NCBI GenBank assembly: GCA_964354545.1
Contig: CAYHAE010000005.1
Location: 12,414-76,413, forward strand
DNA: 64,000 nucleotides
From: an uncultured Planctomycetia bacterium
GTDB taxonomy: Bacteria > Omnitrophota > Gorgyraeia > 2-01-FULL-45-10 > JAHFGN01
Direction of reading: 5' to 3'
Shown here one piece after another: positions 20,149 to 29,935 of this stretch. Position 1 is the first letter of the stretch. Every line of letters begins with the position of its first letter. The notes beneath the pieces were generated by a model. The model was given only the letters and a program-made list of their open reading frames with translations. It did not search any database and was not told where the DNA came from. A program made the position numbers and the translations under genes.

Positions 20149-21252
20149 ATGCAAAAAGAGCTCTTGTCACAGATACAGATCCAGCCTACGTTCTCGATAA
20201 AAGAGGCGTTGAAAAGGATTGACGCAACGGGCTTGCGGATATTATTTGTATGCGATAAGGATGGATGCCTAATCGGTTCTCTGAGCGATGGAGATATACG
20301 CCGACGGGTCTTGAAAAAAGGCAGTATGCGTGAAAAAGTCATAAGCTGTTTCAACAGGGACCCTGTCTGCGTCGCGAAGGGCCCCCAGATCCGCGAGGCC
20401 GCTCGAAAAATAATGCTCGAAAAGACCATCGATGTGATCCCGGTCGTGGATACCGGTAAAAGGATCGCGGATGTCATATTATGGCAAGATGTGTTTCAGG
20501 AAGAATGCCGGCATACGAATGAACTCAATGTGCCCGTGGTCATTATGGCGGGCGGGAAGGGCGAGAGGCTCGATCCGTTCACAAGGATCCTGCCAAAACC
20601 CCTCATCCCGGTAGGCGAAAGGCCTATCATAGAAATAATAATCGATAAATTCAGGCAAAAAGGCGTAAACGTTTTCTATATCACGTTAAATTACAAAGGC
20701 AAGATGGTCAAGACGTATTTCGACAGTATAGGAAAGCCTTATATAGTGCGCTACCTCTGGGAAAAGGAGTTTTTGGGGACTGCGGGAAGCCTGAAGCTAT
20801 TGCCGTCGAGTATCGGAGACCCGTTCATCGTCTCCAACTGTGATATTATCGTGAGCGCGGATTATATGGATCTAGTGCGTTTTCATCAAAAACAGAATAA
20901 TATGCTGACCGTCGTAGGCTCTCTTCAGCACTACAAGATACCTTATGGCCTCGTTTATTTTGAAAGGAATGGAAGAATGAGAAGGATCAGAGAAAAACCG
21001 GAATTTGATTTTACGGTAAATACCGGCATGTACGTGGTTTCCAGCAAGGCCTTAGCGTATATCCCCAAGAACAGAAAGTTCGATATGACGGACTTTATAC
21101 AGGACCTCTTGCGCCATAAGCAGAACGTGGGGGTCTACCCCGTGAGCCAGAAATCGTACATCGATGTCGGGCAGTGGGAAGAGTACAGGAATAATACGGG
21201 AGATTGCTTAAAAAATTCCGGCAATGACAACTTCGTCTACAGAACGGGTTAA
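20149..21252 (+). CDS. CBS-domain sugar-1-phosphate nucleotidyltransferase (PtmE-like)
   Basis: N-terminal CBS pair (LSDGDIRR), MAGGKGERLDPFT..PKPL, LGTAGSL, DVGQWEEY. Confidence 0.85.
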   Translation: MQKELLSQIQIQPTFSIKEALKRIDATGLRILFVCDKDGCLIGSLSDGDIRRRVLKKGSMREKVISCFNRDPVCVAKGPQIREAARKIMLEKTIDVIPVVDTGKRIADVILWQDVFQEECRHTNELNVPVVIMAGGKGERLDPFTRILPKPLIPVGERPIIEIIIDKFRQKGVNVFYITLNYKGKMVKTYFDSIGKPYIVRYLWEKEFLGTAGSLKLLPSSIGDPFIVSNCDIIVSADYMDLVRFHQKQNNMLTVVGSLQHYKIPYGLVYFERNGRMRRIREKPEFDFTVNTGMYVVSSKALAYIPKNRKFDMTDFIQDLLRHKQNVGVYPVSQKSYIDVGQWEEYRNNTGDCLKNSGNDNFVYRTG

Positions 21253-21262
21253 AGGGGAGGAT

Positions 21263-22219
21263 ATGGCTAAAACGTGGAATAAGCTGCACCAGATAGTCTG
21301 CTCACGCGATATCGCGGAGGATGCGCGCTATAAGGAATACAGGAAAGCGTGGAGCCACTACTCAGCTGCCCCGGAACTGAGCCCGCGTCCTCTCCACGTG
21401 GATATAGAAATTACCAATGCGTGCAATCTGCGCTGCATCATGTGCGAGAGAAACATCATGAAGCGCGAAGTGGGCTACATGGAGCGCGATCTGTTTTGTT
21501 CGATCATCGACCAATGTGCGCACTATGGTATCTATTCCGTTAAGCTTGGCCTCTGGGGAGAGTCGCTTCTCCACAAGGACTTTTTTGATATGATAAAGTA
21601 CGCAAAAAGCAGGAATATCCATACTCAATTCAATACAAACGCCACTCTCATTACACGTGAAGTCGTCGAGCGGCTCATTGAATCCGGTTTGGATAGAATA
21701 ACCGTTTCCATCGAAAGCGCCTTAAAGGATTCCTACGAAGGCATACGGTGCGGCGCTGAGTTTGATGCGGTCATGAACAATATCAGCGACTTCATTCGCA
21801 TGAAGCCCCTTGGCCGCAAGCCTCTTCTTACGGTCCAGTTCATCAAAATGAAGAAGAATATGGCGCGCATACCCGAATTCGTTGAGATGTTCAAAGACAA
21901 GGTGGATTTCGTATCGGTCACGAATGTAAGCTCTACGTGCGGCGATCCCAAAATATTGAAAGAGTCAACGATTGACTACTCGACTCTCGAAAAGATTCCG
22001 TGCAGCGAAATACGGCTTCGCCTATCCGTTCTGTGGAATGGCGATGTGACGGTCTGCTGCAATGATTTCGATGGTTTTTTGAAGATCGGGAACGTAAAGA
22101 CCGAATCGCTGATGGACTTATGGCATGGCGAAAAGGCGAATGCGATCAGAGAAAAACACACAAGGCGCGATTTCAGCGGGTTGATATGCGATGTCTGCTC
22201 AATAAACCGTAAATTTTAG
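21263..22219 (+). CDS. Radical SAM/SPASM(twitch)-domain protein #1
   Basis: CNLRCIMC, GESLLH, C-terminal C...NGDVTVCCND...CDVC; RBS GGGGAGG. Confidence 0.85.
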   Translation: MAKTWNKLHQIVCSRDIAEDARYKEYRKAWSHYSAAPELSPRPLHVDIEITNACNLRCIMCERNIMKREVGYMERDLFCSIIDQCAHYGIYSVKLGLWGESLLHKDFFDMIKYAKSRNIHTQFNTNATLITREVVERLIESGLDRITVSIESALKDSYEGIRCGAEFDAVMNNISDFIRMKPLGRKPLLTVQFIKMKKNMARIPEFVEMFKDKVDFVSVTNVSSTCGDPKILKESTIDYSTLEKIPCSEIRLRLSVLWNGDVTVCCNDFDGFLKIGNVKTESLMDLWHGEKANAIREKHTRRDFSGLICDVCSINRKF

Positions 22220-22239
22220 CAAAAGAAAGTCGAAAAAAG

Positions 22240-23298
22240 GTGCTACCTATCACTATGAGAGAATATAATTTCACGCGCGTCGATAATGCCTATAAAGAGT
22301 CGCGCAAGTACAACAAGCCCGGGGCCGTAGCGCCATTCCCGCCTTACTGTACCATACAATTACTGAATACGTGTAATTTCAACTGCGTTATGTGCCACGT
22401 TCCGTATTTCAGAAACGATAAGAAAGAACTGGATTTCGAGCTCTTCAAAAAATGCATCGATGAAATAGCGCGACATGGAAGCCTGGTGCGATTGATCGGA
22501 TACTGCGAACCCCTGCTTTACTCGAGAATAAAAGATGCGGTCCGATATATAAAAAGGAAAAACCTTTTATTGCAGGTCACTACTAACGGCGTTCTTTTAG
22601 ATAGTAAAATGGCGGAAGCGTTTGTCGAGGCGGAAGTCGACAGCGTCATTTTTTCGTTCCAGGGCTTATCGATGGAAGAATACTGTTTTATGAGAAAAGT
22701 TCCCGAGCGCGTCTATGCCAAAGTGCTCGGTAATATCCGGTCTTTGTATAAAAATCGGAAAAAACGCAAGCCTCATATTAAAATAACAACCACTATCACG
22801 AACAGGGACGAACCTTCAGATTCAAAAAAAGATGCGTTTTCAAAAGCGCATAAGGAACATGCGGATGAGATTCAGGTTACCGGCGTCACGAATTTTGCAT
22901 TTCTTGAACAATTGCCCGGCGGAAACAGGATAAGCCGCCGGCTGGGGATCTCGCAGCCAAGAAAGAGAGAAGGGGCGCGGTGCTTTCTTCCTAATTACGA
23001 AATGATCATTAGGCACGAGGGCGATGTATATAGTTGCTGCGGAGCCATTACACGCGACCTCTTATTAGGGAACGCGGCAGAAGAGACCCTGTTAAATCTA
23101 TGGAATAATGAAAAGGCGGCAAGGATAAGAAGAGCTGTTTCGGGCGGCGTACTCGACAACTTTGAAGACTGCAAGGTATGCGCCGTTCGGTATGAAGACG
23201 AGAACATCTCCAGCACGGCGGATATATCCAAATATGATAGGATCTTCTTAAGGGACAGGTCGCTATGCAGGGCATACTGCCAGACGACGAAGGTCTAA
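22240..23298 (+). CDS. Radical SAM/SPASM(twitch)-domain protein #2
   Basis: CNFNCVMC, EPLL, TTNG, C...GDVYSCC...CKVC. Confidence 0.83.
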   Translation: MLPITMREYNFTRVDNAYKESRKYNKPGAVAPFPPYCTIQLLNTCNFNCVMCHVPYFRNDKKELDFELFKKCIDEIARHGSLVRLIGYCEPLLYSRIKDAVRYIKRKNLLLQVTTNGVLLDSKMAEAFVEAEVDSVIFSFQGLSMEEYCFMRKVPERVYAKVLGNIRSLYKNRKKRKPHIKITTTITNRDEPSDSKKDAFSKAHKEHADEIQVTGVTNFAFLEQLPGGNRISRRLGISQPRKREGARCFLPNYEMIIRHEGDVYSCCGAITRDLLLGNAAEETLLNLWNNEKAARIRRAVSGGVLDNFEDCKVCAVRYEDENISSTADISKYDRIFLRDRSLCRAYCQTTKV

Positions 23299-23308
23299 AG
23301 GGGGACCG

Positions 23309-23845
23309 ATGTTCATCAAGGTGATCCGACGGATTCGTTTCTGGGCCCTGGCCGACAGGATAGGACCCGATATCCCGTGGACCCACTGGAGGCTCCATTT
23401 TAAATCGACGATGCTCGATCTATGCGCATCGAAGTTCAAGCAATTCGATGCGACCGCTGAATTCAGACCGGGCGCCTACGCGATCTTCTGTTCTAAGATC
23501 AGTATCGGGAAGCGTGTGGTCATACGGCCGGGTACTATGCTTTTCGCGGATGATCACGGGGACATTACCGTAGAAGATGACGTCATGATCGGGAGCGCGG
23601 TGCATATGTACACGACGAATCACCGCTTTGACAACGTCAGCATCCCGATCATAGACCAGGGCCATTATGAAGCCGAACCGATAGTTCTCAAGAAAGGGTG
23701 CTGGGTGGGGGCGTGCTGTGTTATTCTGCCGGGCGTAACGGTGGGGGAGAATGCGGTGGTCGGTGCCGGAAGCGTTGTCACGAAAGATGTGCCGCCACGG
23801 GTCCTTGCGGCGGGAAACCCTGCGCGGGTGATACGGAATTTGTGA
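23309..23845 (+). CDS. Left-handed beta-helix (hexapeptide) O-acyltransferase
   Basis: NHRF...[37 protein letters not shown]. Confidence 0.85.
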   Translation: MFIKVIRRIRFWALADRIGPDIPWTHWRLHFKSTMLDLCASKFKQFDATAEFRPGAYAIFCSKISIGKRVVIRPGTMLFADDHGDITVEDDVMIGSAVHMYTTNHRFDNVSIPIIDQGHYEAEPIVLKKGCWVGACCVILPGVTVGENAVVGAGSVVTKDVPPRVLAAGNPARVIRNL

Positions 23846-23859
23846 TCTTTAGGAGGGAC

Positions 23860-25716
23860 ATGCTCAGTTTCGATCTGTCGGAAATGAGGCGAGCGGACGG
23901 CTCGGTCTTGTATTGGGAAGCCGAGGCCGAAGCATCCCGGCACGCCCTGAAGGTGGCGGATCGGGTTGCCGTGACGGCGCCGTTCAGGGAGCTGTTGAGG
24001 AGGCTCCCGAGCAAGCGCCTGCTCCTCTATTGTCAGTATGCGGTCAAAGAGGAGATCTACCCATTCGTGCGCCAGGCATGCGTCATCCGCTGGTACCGCG
24101 ATAACGGCAGGGCGATCCCTTCAGGCGATGATGTGGTCCCTGTCCCGCGAAAGGGCTTGTGCGCCGCTCTTGAGGACTGCTGGGAGTTCGATGGCATCCC
24201 GCTCAGGAAGATGAGCCCCTTCGAGTTCGTCTTTAGGCGGGAGGCGCGTTCGCCCGGGCAGGCGATACGTCAGGCCTTGAAACCTCCCGTCAAGGCGTTC
24301 CTGCGGTTTATCCAAGAACTGCGCAGAGACCAGGTTCCGGGGGAGGCGCAGGGGCACAGCGGAACGATCGCATGTCATTACGTCGAAGGTGTCGACCCCT
24401 CCCGTCGGAACGATCTCAGTTGGTTTGCGGGTAGCGGTCTCGAGCCCGAGCAGGTTCTCATCTATTTCGACAGCCGTGACAACAAGACCGGCCGCCCCAT
24501 ACCACGAAAAATCATTCGTGATATAGAGGAACGCGGGTTTCGCTGGGTCGCGCTGCTTCCAGGGGTTGTCGAGGAGCAAGGCATGCGATATTGGAACGCT
24601 CCCCGGGTGCCCGCACACGAGTTCCTCTCGAAACGACTCGCCGGGAGCGATGTGGAGCGGTGGGCCGTTGAGATGGGAAACCATGCGATCGAACAGGTAT
24701 TCTATTGGCGATCATTCCACAGGGCGTTTGGCGTGAAGGTGCACTATATCCCCGAAGAAGGGTTTGCGAAGAACATTGCCCAGGCCATCGCGTTCGATGC
24801 GGAGGGCACCCGCGCGGGGGTCCTTGTCGGAAGACAGAGGTCGGAGATCTCGGCTCCTCTTGGATGCTGCATCGGCTTCCAACCGAAGCATGTCTACTTC
24901 GTCTGGAGCAGGAGGTATGATCTCAAACTCCTACACGACGACCACGACCGGATCGAGGCGCTCGTCGTCTCAGGGTATCCGTATTGCACCTCGCTTTCAT
25001 ACGAGGACAGGGTCGGCGCATTGCGTCGCAAAGGGGTTACATTTGTGGTCGCGCTCTTCGATGAGGGGCATGGTCCGCACACCTTTTCATCCTCGAAGAA
25101 TATCGAGCGGCTCTACCGGGCGTTCCTTCAGTGGGTCGTTGATGATCCGGAGGTCGGGCTCATTATCAAATCTAAGAAACCTTCGGTGATCAAGGGGCTA
25201 CCCGCGCTACATCCGCTTCTCGATCGCGCGGTCGCGACCGGCCGCTGCGTGAGGCCTGCCAGAGAATGGGGGATGTTTCCCGCCGAGGCATCGAAAGGTG
25301 CCGACATGGCGGTCGGCGTCGATATTGCGACCGCAGTGGTAGAAGCGGTCCTCAATGGCTGCCGGGGGGTCTGCTTCGATGCGGCAGCCGCGCCCGATCA
25401 TCAGTTTTATCAGTGGGGCCGGGTCATATATGCCTCGCTTGAGGAGATGGTCGCGGCGATGAAACGTTTCAAGGCGGACACCTCGAGCGAGCCCTCGCTC
25501 GGTGATTGGTCGGCGCATCTCAATGAGCTCGACCCGTTCCGCGATGGACAGGGAGGGGCGCGGATGGGAAGCTACATGCGATGGCTGCTCGAGTCGTTCA
25601 ATGACGGGAAATCACGCGAAGAAGCTATCCGTTTCGCGAACGGATCGTACGCCGCGCAGTGGGGCGCGGATAAGGTGATCATGATGGATGATGAATGCGT
25701 GCGCAATGCGCTTTAG
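23860..25716 (+). CDS. Large uncharacterised surface-carbohydrate protein, probable GT-B-like ulosonate transferase
   Basis: ATG after AGGAGG; C-terminal YFVWS, VSGYPY, LIIKSKK, DPFRDG resembles the GT-B C-domain of surface-carbohydrate families. Confidence 0.5.
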   Translation: MLSFDLSEMRRADGSVLYWEAEAEASRHALKVADRVAVTAPFRELLRRLPSKRLLLYCQYAVKEEIYPFVRQACVIRWYRDNGRAIPSGDDVVPVPRKGLCAALEDCWEFDGIPLRKMSPFEFVFRREARSPGQAIRQALKPPVKAFLRFIQELRRDQVPGEAQGHSGTIACHYVEGVDPSRRNDLSWFAGSGLEPEQVLIYFDSRDNKTGRPIPRKIIRDIEERGFRWVALLPGVVEEQGMRYWNAPRVPAHEFLSKRLAGSDVERWAVEMGNHAIEQVFYWRSFHRAFGVKVHYIPEEGFAKNIAQAIAFDAEGTRAGVLVGRQRSEISAPLGCCIGFQPKHVYFVWSRRYDLKLLHDDHDRIEALVVSGYPYCTSLSYEDRVGALRRKGVTFVVALFDEGHGPHTFSSSKNIERLYRAFLQWVVDDPEVGLIIKSKKPSVIKGLPALHPLLDRAVATGRCVRPAREWGMFPAEASKGADMAVGVDIATAVVEAVLNGCRGVCFDAAAAPDHQFYQWGRVIYASLEEMVAAMKRFKADTSSEPSLGDWSAHLNELDPFRDGQGGARMGSYMRWLLESFNDGKSREEAIRFANGSYAAQWGADKVIMMDDECVRNAL

Positions 25717-25795
25717 AAGCGCACTTGTGCAGTGAGCATAGCGTTTAGGGGATGCCAGGCACCGGCGGACCCCGCGATATGAGGGATAGGACGAA

Positions 25796-27220
25796 ATGAA
25801 ACAGTATGACAGCAAGAAGTTTACGGTCTTTTGTCTGATGATATTCGGCCGGTCAGGCTCGAAGTTCTTTCAGGGGATCCTGGATTGGCATCCTCAGATA
25901 ATATCGTTTCCCAGGAACCTCCACTTCAATAGTTTCTGGCAGAAGGTGGAGAGGCGCAAAGACGATGTCGCCTACGTGGTCGACACCTTTATCGAAGATC
26001 ATCCGCGCGCATTTTCAGGCGCGCTCTGGTATCTCTTCAATAAATATGACAGGGCAGATGAGCTTGGCACCAAGAGAGACGAGACCTTTTCGGTCGACAT
26101 GAACGCGTTCCGGCGGAATGCGCTCGAACTCCTGCAGGGTAAAGAGATGAACAGGAGAGAGGCGTTCGTCGGGCTTCACCTTGCGTACCATGCGGCGAGC
26201 GGAAGGGAACTCGCCGATAACTCGATCATCTTCTGCCACATCCACGCGATCCGGCATATAGACGAATTGAGAGCGGTCGCAGAGGATTTTCCCGACACGA
26301 GGGTCTTGATACGGACGCGGCATCCGATCGAACGCCTAAAATCCTGCGCGGCGTGGATGAAGATGCAGAACGTCTATTCCTGCGGCCAGCCGTACGAAGA
26401 GGAGATCGAAGACCTCGAGGGGACCGAGCCGATCAGGGTCCTCTTTCCCGCGCTTGATATGCGCGTCCTCACCTTTGAGCAGCTCCACTGGCATCATCGG
26501 GAGGCGATGGAGGCGTTCGTGCGCTGGGTGGGTATAGAGTGGAACGAGAGCTTGATGGTGAGCACGATCCACGGAAAGCTCTGGTGGGGGGATAGCAAAG
26601 TGTTGCGCCACGGGTCCAATCCAAAGTGGAGGCTCTATAAGCCGAAAGGATTTCTGGAGAAGAAGGATTGGCGCGTCCTCCTTGCCCTTAACGGCGAGCG
26701 GCTGAAGCAGTATGGTTATGCGAGCGCGGAAGAGGTGCGCATGGCGAGGCTGGGGCGGCTCACGCTCCTCGGGGCCCTGCTTCTTCCCACGAAATATGAA
26801 TGGACGACGCTGAAGACGATGTTCAGTCTGAGCCATTGGTGGACGGCAGTCCGCACCATCATCGACGATACCACCTCCGAGAGGAGAAGAGGTTTTGACT
26901 TTTATACCAAGAAACGGGTGAAACATCGCGATGAGGTGCTTTTGGGTATACCGGTATCGGGGATCGCGGCCGGCTATCGCGTAGCGCGGCAATTAGTGCG
27001 GCACATCTGGCTGCTCAATCCTCTCAAATGGGTCTGGTTCTGTATGAAGCGCGTCGTCATGTATTGGCAGTACGCCGAAGGGCATAGGAAGAGAAGAGAG
27101 ATCTTGCTGCCTCTGCTTCTGGAGAAGACCGCTCCTCCGGCGGCGGGCAGCGCTCCCTGCGAGAACCGGACGGGAGATCTCACAAGAGATGTTCAGCGTC
27201 TCTTAAGCGGTCGAACGTGA
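25796..27220 (+). CDS. PAPS-dependent sulfotransferase-family protein
   Basis: 5'-PSB-like FGRSGSKFFQGILDWHPQI, 3'-PB-like RHPIERLKS, FEQL...GIEWNESL. Confidence 0.72.
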   Translation: MKQYDSKKFTVFCLMIFGRSGSKFFQGILDWHPQIISFPRNLHFNSFWQKVERRKDDVAYVVDTFIEDHPRAFSGALWYLFNKYDRADELGTKRDETFSVDMNAFRRNALELLQGKEMNRREAFVGLHLAYHAASGRELADNSIIFCHIHAIRHIDELRAVAEDFPDTRVLIRTRHPIERLKSCAAWMKMQNVYSCGQPYEEEIEDLEGTEPIRVLFPALDMRVLTFEQLHWHHREAMEAFVRWVGIEWNESLMVSTIHGKLWWGDSKVLRHGSNPKWRLYKPKGFLEKKDWRVLLALNGERLKQYGYASAEEVRMARLGRLTLLGALLLPTKYEWTTLKTMFSLSHWWTAVRTIIDDTTSERRRGFDFYTKKRVKHRDEVLLGIPVSGIAAGYRVARQLVRHIWLLNPLKWVWFCMKRVVMYWQYAEGHRKRREILLPLLLEKTAPPAAGSAPCENRTGDLTRDVQRLLSGRT

Positions 27221-27258
27221 TACGTAAAATCAAGAAGGATATCGCCGGCCACGAGCTT

Positions 27259-27429
27259 AGTCCCCTCCGCAGAAACCATCGGGCTTTAGCCCGAGGATTG
27301 GATTCCGTTATAACGGAATCCATGCGTTTCTGCTTCGGGGAGGGAGCCTTAATGAAAAGCTCGCATGCTGATGGGGATATTTCCCCAAAGAAAAAAGGTG
27401 CCCCGGCCTTTAGGCCGGGGGGCTCCACA
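27259..27429 (+). mobile_element. Hairpin MITE-like element copy 2
   Basis: TCCCCTCCGCAGAAA...TTTCTGCTTCGGGGAGGGAG...CCCCGGCCTTTAGGCCGGGGGGCTCCACA; internal perfect 24-nt palindrome at 27299-27322. Confidence 0.7.
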
Positions 27430-27524
27430 GATAGTGATTATTATTCAAATGCTCCTTTTCTATCGGTATTCGAGTGAGGAGCATCGCGGGGTTAAGACCG
27501 TACGGTTATGAACGAGGTATACCA

Positions 27525-28739
27525 ATGGCACACAGGACCACACGACGTCGGAAGCAGGCGCCCTTAAACATCCTCGTCATCGGCATGGGGATGTACGTAT
27601 GCGGCAGAGGAACGGAAACCCATGGAACGATCATGCCGGCCATTTACGAGTGGAGGAAGAAGAATGAGTTGGGAGAAGTATATGTTGCCGGGACGGGCCC
27701 TGAGGGAATAAGTATTGCGAAAGCAAAAATAGACGAGATTGAGCGCAATACGGGAGTTCATGTTCCGCTCACGTTTTATCCCGAAGGGGAGCTCTACGAT
27801 CTTCAGTGTTATAGAAGGGCTATCCGCACGATACCGAAACCGGCGTGCGCGATCGTCGTGGTGCCCGATAATTACCACAGAGAGGTAGCAGGTGAAGCGA
27901 TTGAGGGCGGGCTCCACACGCTTGTGGTGAAGCCTCTTGCGCCGACCCTCAAAGAGGTGTACGAATTGATCGAGTTGCAGCGAAAGAAGCGCGTATACTG
28001 CGCGGTTGAATTTCACAAACGTTTCGACCACGCGAATCTGAAGCTCAAGGATTCTCTGCGTGAGGGGGTTATCGGAGATCCCCTCTACTTTCTCGTGGAG
28101 TTCAGTCAGCGGAAGAGTGTCCCCGCTGAACGTTTCAGAAAATGGGTCGAGGCAACAAATATCTTTCAGTATCTCGGAATTCACTATGTCGATATTATCT
28201 ATTTTGCAACAGGTGCGAGGCCGGTCCGCGCAATGGCATTGGGGCAACGGGGGTGGCTCTATTCAAGGGGCATCGATACCTATGATTCGATAGAGGCCAT
28301 CATTGAATGGGAGATGCCCGGCGGTCAAAGATTCACTTCTTCGATCCTTACTAACTGGATCGATCCGGAGTCAACTTCTGCGATGTCCGATCAGAAGATA
28401 AAGGTAATAGGGACGAAAGGGAGGTTTGAGTCCGACCAGAAGCGGCGCGGGGTCATGATCGTGAGCGACGAGAGGGGGATAAAAGAGCCAAATCCGTATT
28501 TTTCGGCTTCATACGGCACTCCCCCTATGGTTTCATATCATGGGTATGGGATCGAAAGCATACACCAGTTCCTGAAAGACGTTATCGATATCGAGTCGGG
28601 GATTGTGACGATAGATGCGCTCGAAGATAAAAGGCCTACGTTTGCGCAGTCGATCGTGCCCACCGCAGTTATCGAGAGCGTCAATAAGAGTCTCAAGGAC
28701 GGAGGGCAATGGATAGCCATTCAAGAAGTGGAAAAGTGA
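27525..28739 (+). CDS. Gfo/Idh/MocA-family oxidoreductase
   Basis: LVIGMGMY, VVKPL, VEFHKRFD, YLGIHYVD; ATG after GAGGT. Confidence 0.8.
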   Translation: MAHRTTRRRKQAPLNILVIGMGMYVCGRGTETHGTIMPAIYEWRKKNELGEVYVAGTGPEGISIAKAKIDEIERNTGVHVPLTFYPEGELYDLQCYRRAIRTIPKPACAIVVVPDNYHREVAGEAIEGGLHTLVVKPLAPTLKEVYELIELQRKKRVYCAVEFHKRFDHANLKLKDSLREGVIGDPLYFLVEFSQRKSVPAERFRKWVEATNIFQYLGIHYVDIIYFATGARPVRAMALGQRGWLYSRGIDTYDSIEAIIEWEMPGGQRFTSSILTNWIDPESTSAMSDQKIKVIGTKGRFESDQKRRGVMIVSDERGIKEPNPYFSASYGTPPMVSYHGYGIESIHQFLKDVIDIESGIVTIDALEDKRPTFAQSIVPTAVIESVNKSLKDGGQWIAIQEVEK

Positions 28740-29935
28740 CGGCGAAGGAGCTTCGCGTAGAGGCCGGGGTCCTCGAGCGCTTCATAACGCGCGTGCTGCG
28801 AAAAGAGGGCGTTCGTGCTGACGTCGCGAGATATGTCGAAGAAGGGCTCGTGCAGACTTCGTTGAGAGGCGTCGATTCGCACGGCGTGCGTCTTTTTCCC
28901 CATTATATTGCCGAACTCAAGGGCGGACGGGTCAACCCTGATCCGGAATATAGGTTCCGTAAAACATCATATTCAACCGGAATACTTGATGCTGATCATA
29001 CCTTTGGGCATGCGGCAGGCATGGAGGCCGCGAAGCGCGCGATCGGCCTCGCACGTAAGGCAGGGACAGGTCACGTTGCGGTATGCAACTCAAATCACTT
29101 TGGCGCAGCTGCCTGCTATGCGCTGGAGATCGCGCGGCATGACATGATCGGCATGAGTTTCACGAACACCGATGCCCTGGTAAAGACCTACGCGGGGAAA
29201 AGGCCGTTTATGGGGAATAACCCGATATGTTTCGCCGCACCCTGCAAAGGCGAGGAACCTTTTTGTCTCGATATGGCAACGAGCGTCACCACCTTCAACA
29301 GGATCAGGCAGCTGAGGGATGAGAGACGGCCTGCGCCGGAAGGGGTCGGGGCAAATCGGGAAGGCATTGAAACAACCAACCCGGATGATATCACCATGCT
29401 TTTGCCGATCGGAGGCTATAAGGGGTACGGCCTCAGCATGGCCGTTGAGGTCCTGTGCAGTCTTCTCACCGGGATGCCCTATGGACCGCATATCCCCAAG
29501 ATGTTCGAGGCGCCCATGAGCGCACATAGATTTCTCGGGCATTTCGTCATTGCGATGAGGATCGACCGGTTCCACGATAAAGAGGCGTTCAAGGAGCGGC
29601 TTTCGCAGATGGTGCATGAATTGAGGAGTGAGCCGCGCCTGGATAAGAGGACACCCGTACAGGTAGCGGGTGATCCTGAAAAGAGGAGCGCTGTCGAGAG
29701 GAAGAAAAAAGGGATCCCTTTTACCCTGCGGGAGTTCAAGGCATTCAAGGAGTTGAGCCGTGAATACGGAGTCGGATTTGACCTGCGCCCCGGACCCGCG
29801 TTGCGTTCCGCTTCACGGGATGGCGTGGGTTCCCTGCCTGGACGCCGGGGGAGGCGCTCTATGGAGCCCGAAGAGGGAAATCGCGGCCGTAAGATCACGG
29901 AGCTTCATCTTATGCGCGCGAGAGGTAATCGATGA
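28736..29935 (+). CDS. Ldh_2 (malate/L-lactate/sulfolactate/ureidoglycolate type-2) dehydrogenase family
   Basis: RGVDSHG, SNHFGAA, GNNPI, LDMATS, GGYKGYGL; GTGA overlap. Confidence 0.85.
   Translation: MTAKELRVEAGVLERFITRVLRKEGVRADVARYVEEGLVQTSLRGVDSHGVRLFPHYIAELKGGRVNPDPEYRFRKTSYSTGILDADHTFGHAAGMEAAKRAIGLARKAGTGHVAVCNSNHFGAAACYALEIARHDMIGMSFTNTDALVKTYAGKRPFMGNNPICFAAPCKGEEPFCLDMATSVTTFNRIRQLRDERRPAPEGVGANREGIETTNPDDITMLLPIGGYKGYGLSMAVEVLCSLLTGMPYGPHIPKMFEAPMSAHRFLGHFVIAMRIDRFHDKEAFKERLSQMVHELRSEPRLDKRTPVQVAGDPEKRSAVERKKKGIPFTLREFKAFKELSREYGVGFDLRPGPALRSASRDGVGSLPGRRGRRSMEPEEGNRGRKITELHLMRARGNR

Noticed and set aside
21263-23298. Radical SAM/SPASM pair as RiPP maturases
   Set aside because: No short precursor peptide, PqqD/RRE domain or peptidase seen; neighbours are sugar genes
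23698-23859. Upstream extensions of ORF-track calls (also 2393, 34674, 43558, 48018, 50469, 58688, 61667)
   Set aside because: They overlap upstream genes or repeats; later starts have an RBS or ATGA coupling and match domain boundaries
27217-27477. 86-aa + strand ORF and its antisense partner
   Set aside because: Runs through MITE-like copy 2; no protein features; better explained as non-coding
28736-29935. Ldh_2 gene as ComC of coenzyme M or sulfolactate synthesis
   Set aside because: No comA/comB/comDE in the window; family membership alone does not give the substrate. The ~50-aa C-terminal tail looks like non-conserved read-through
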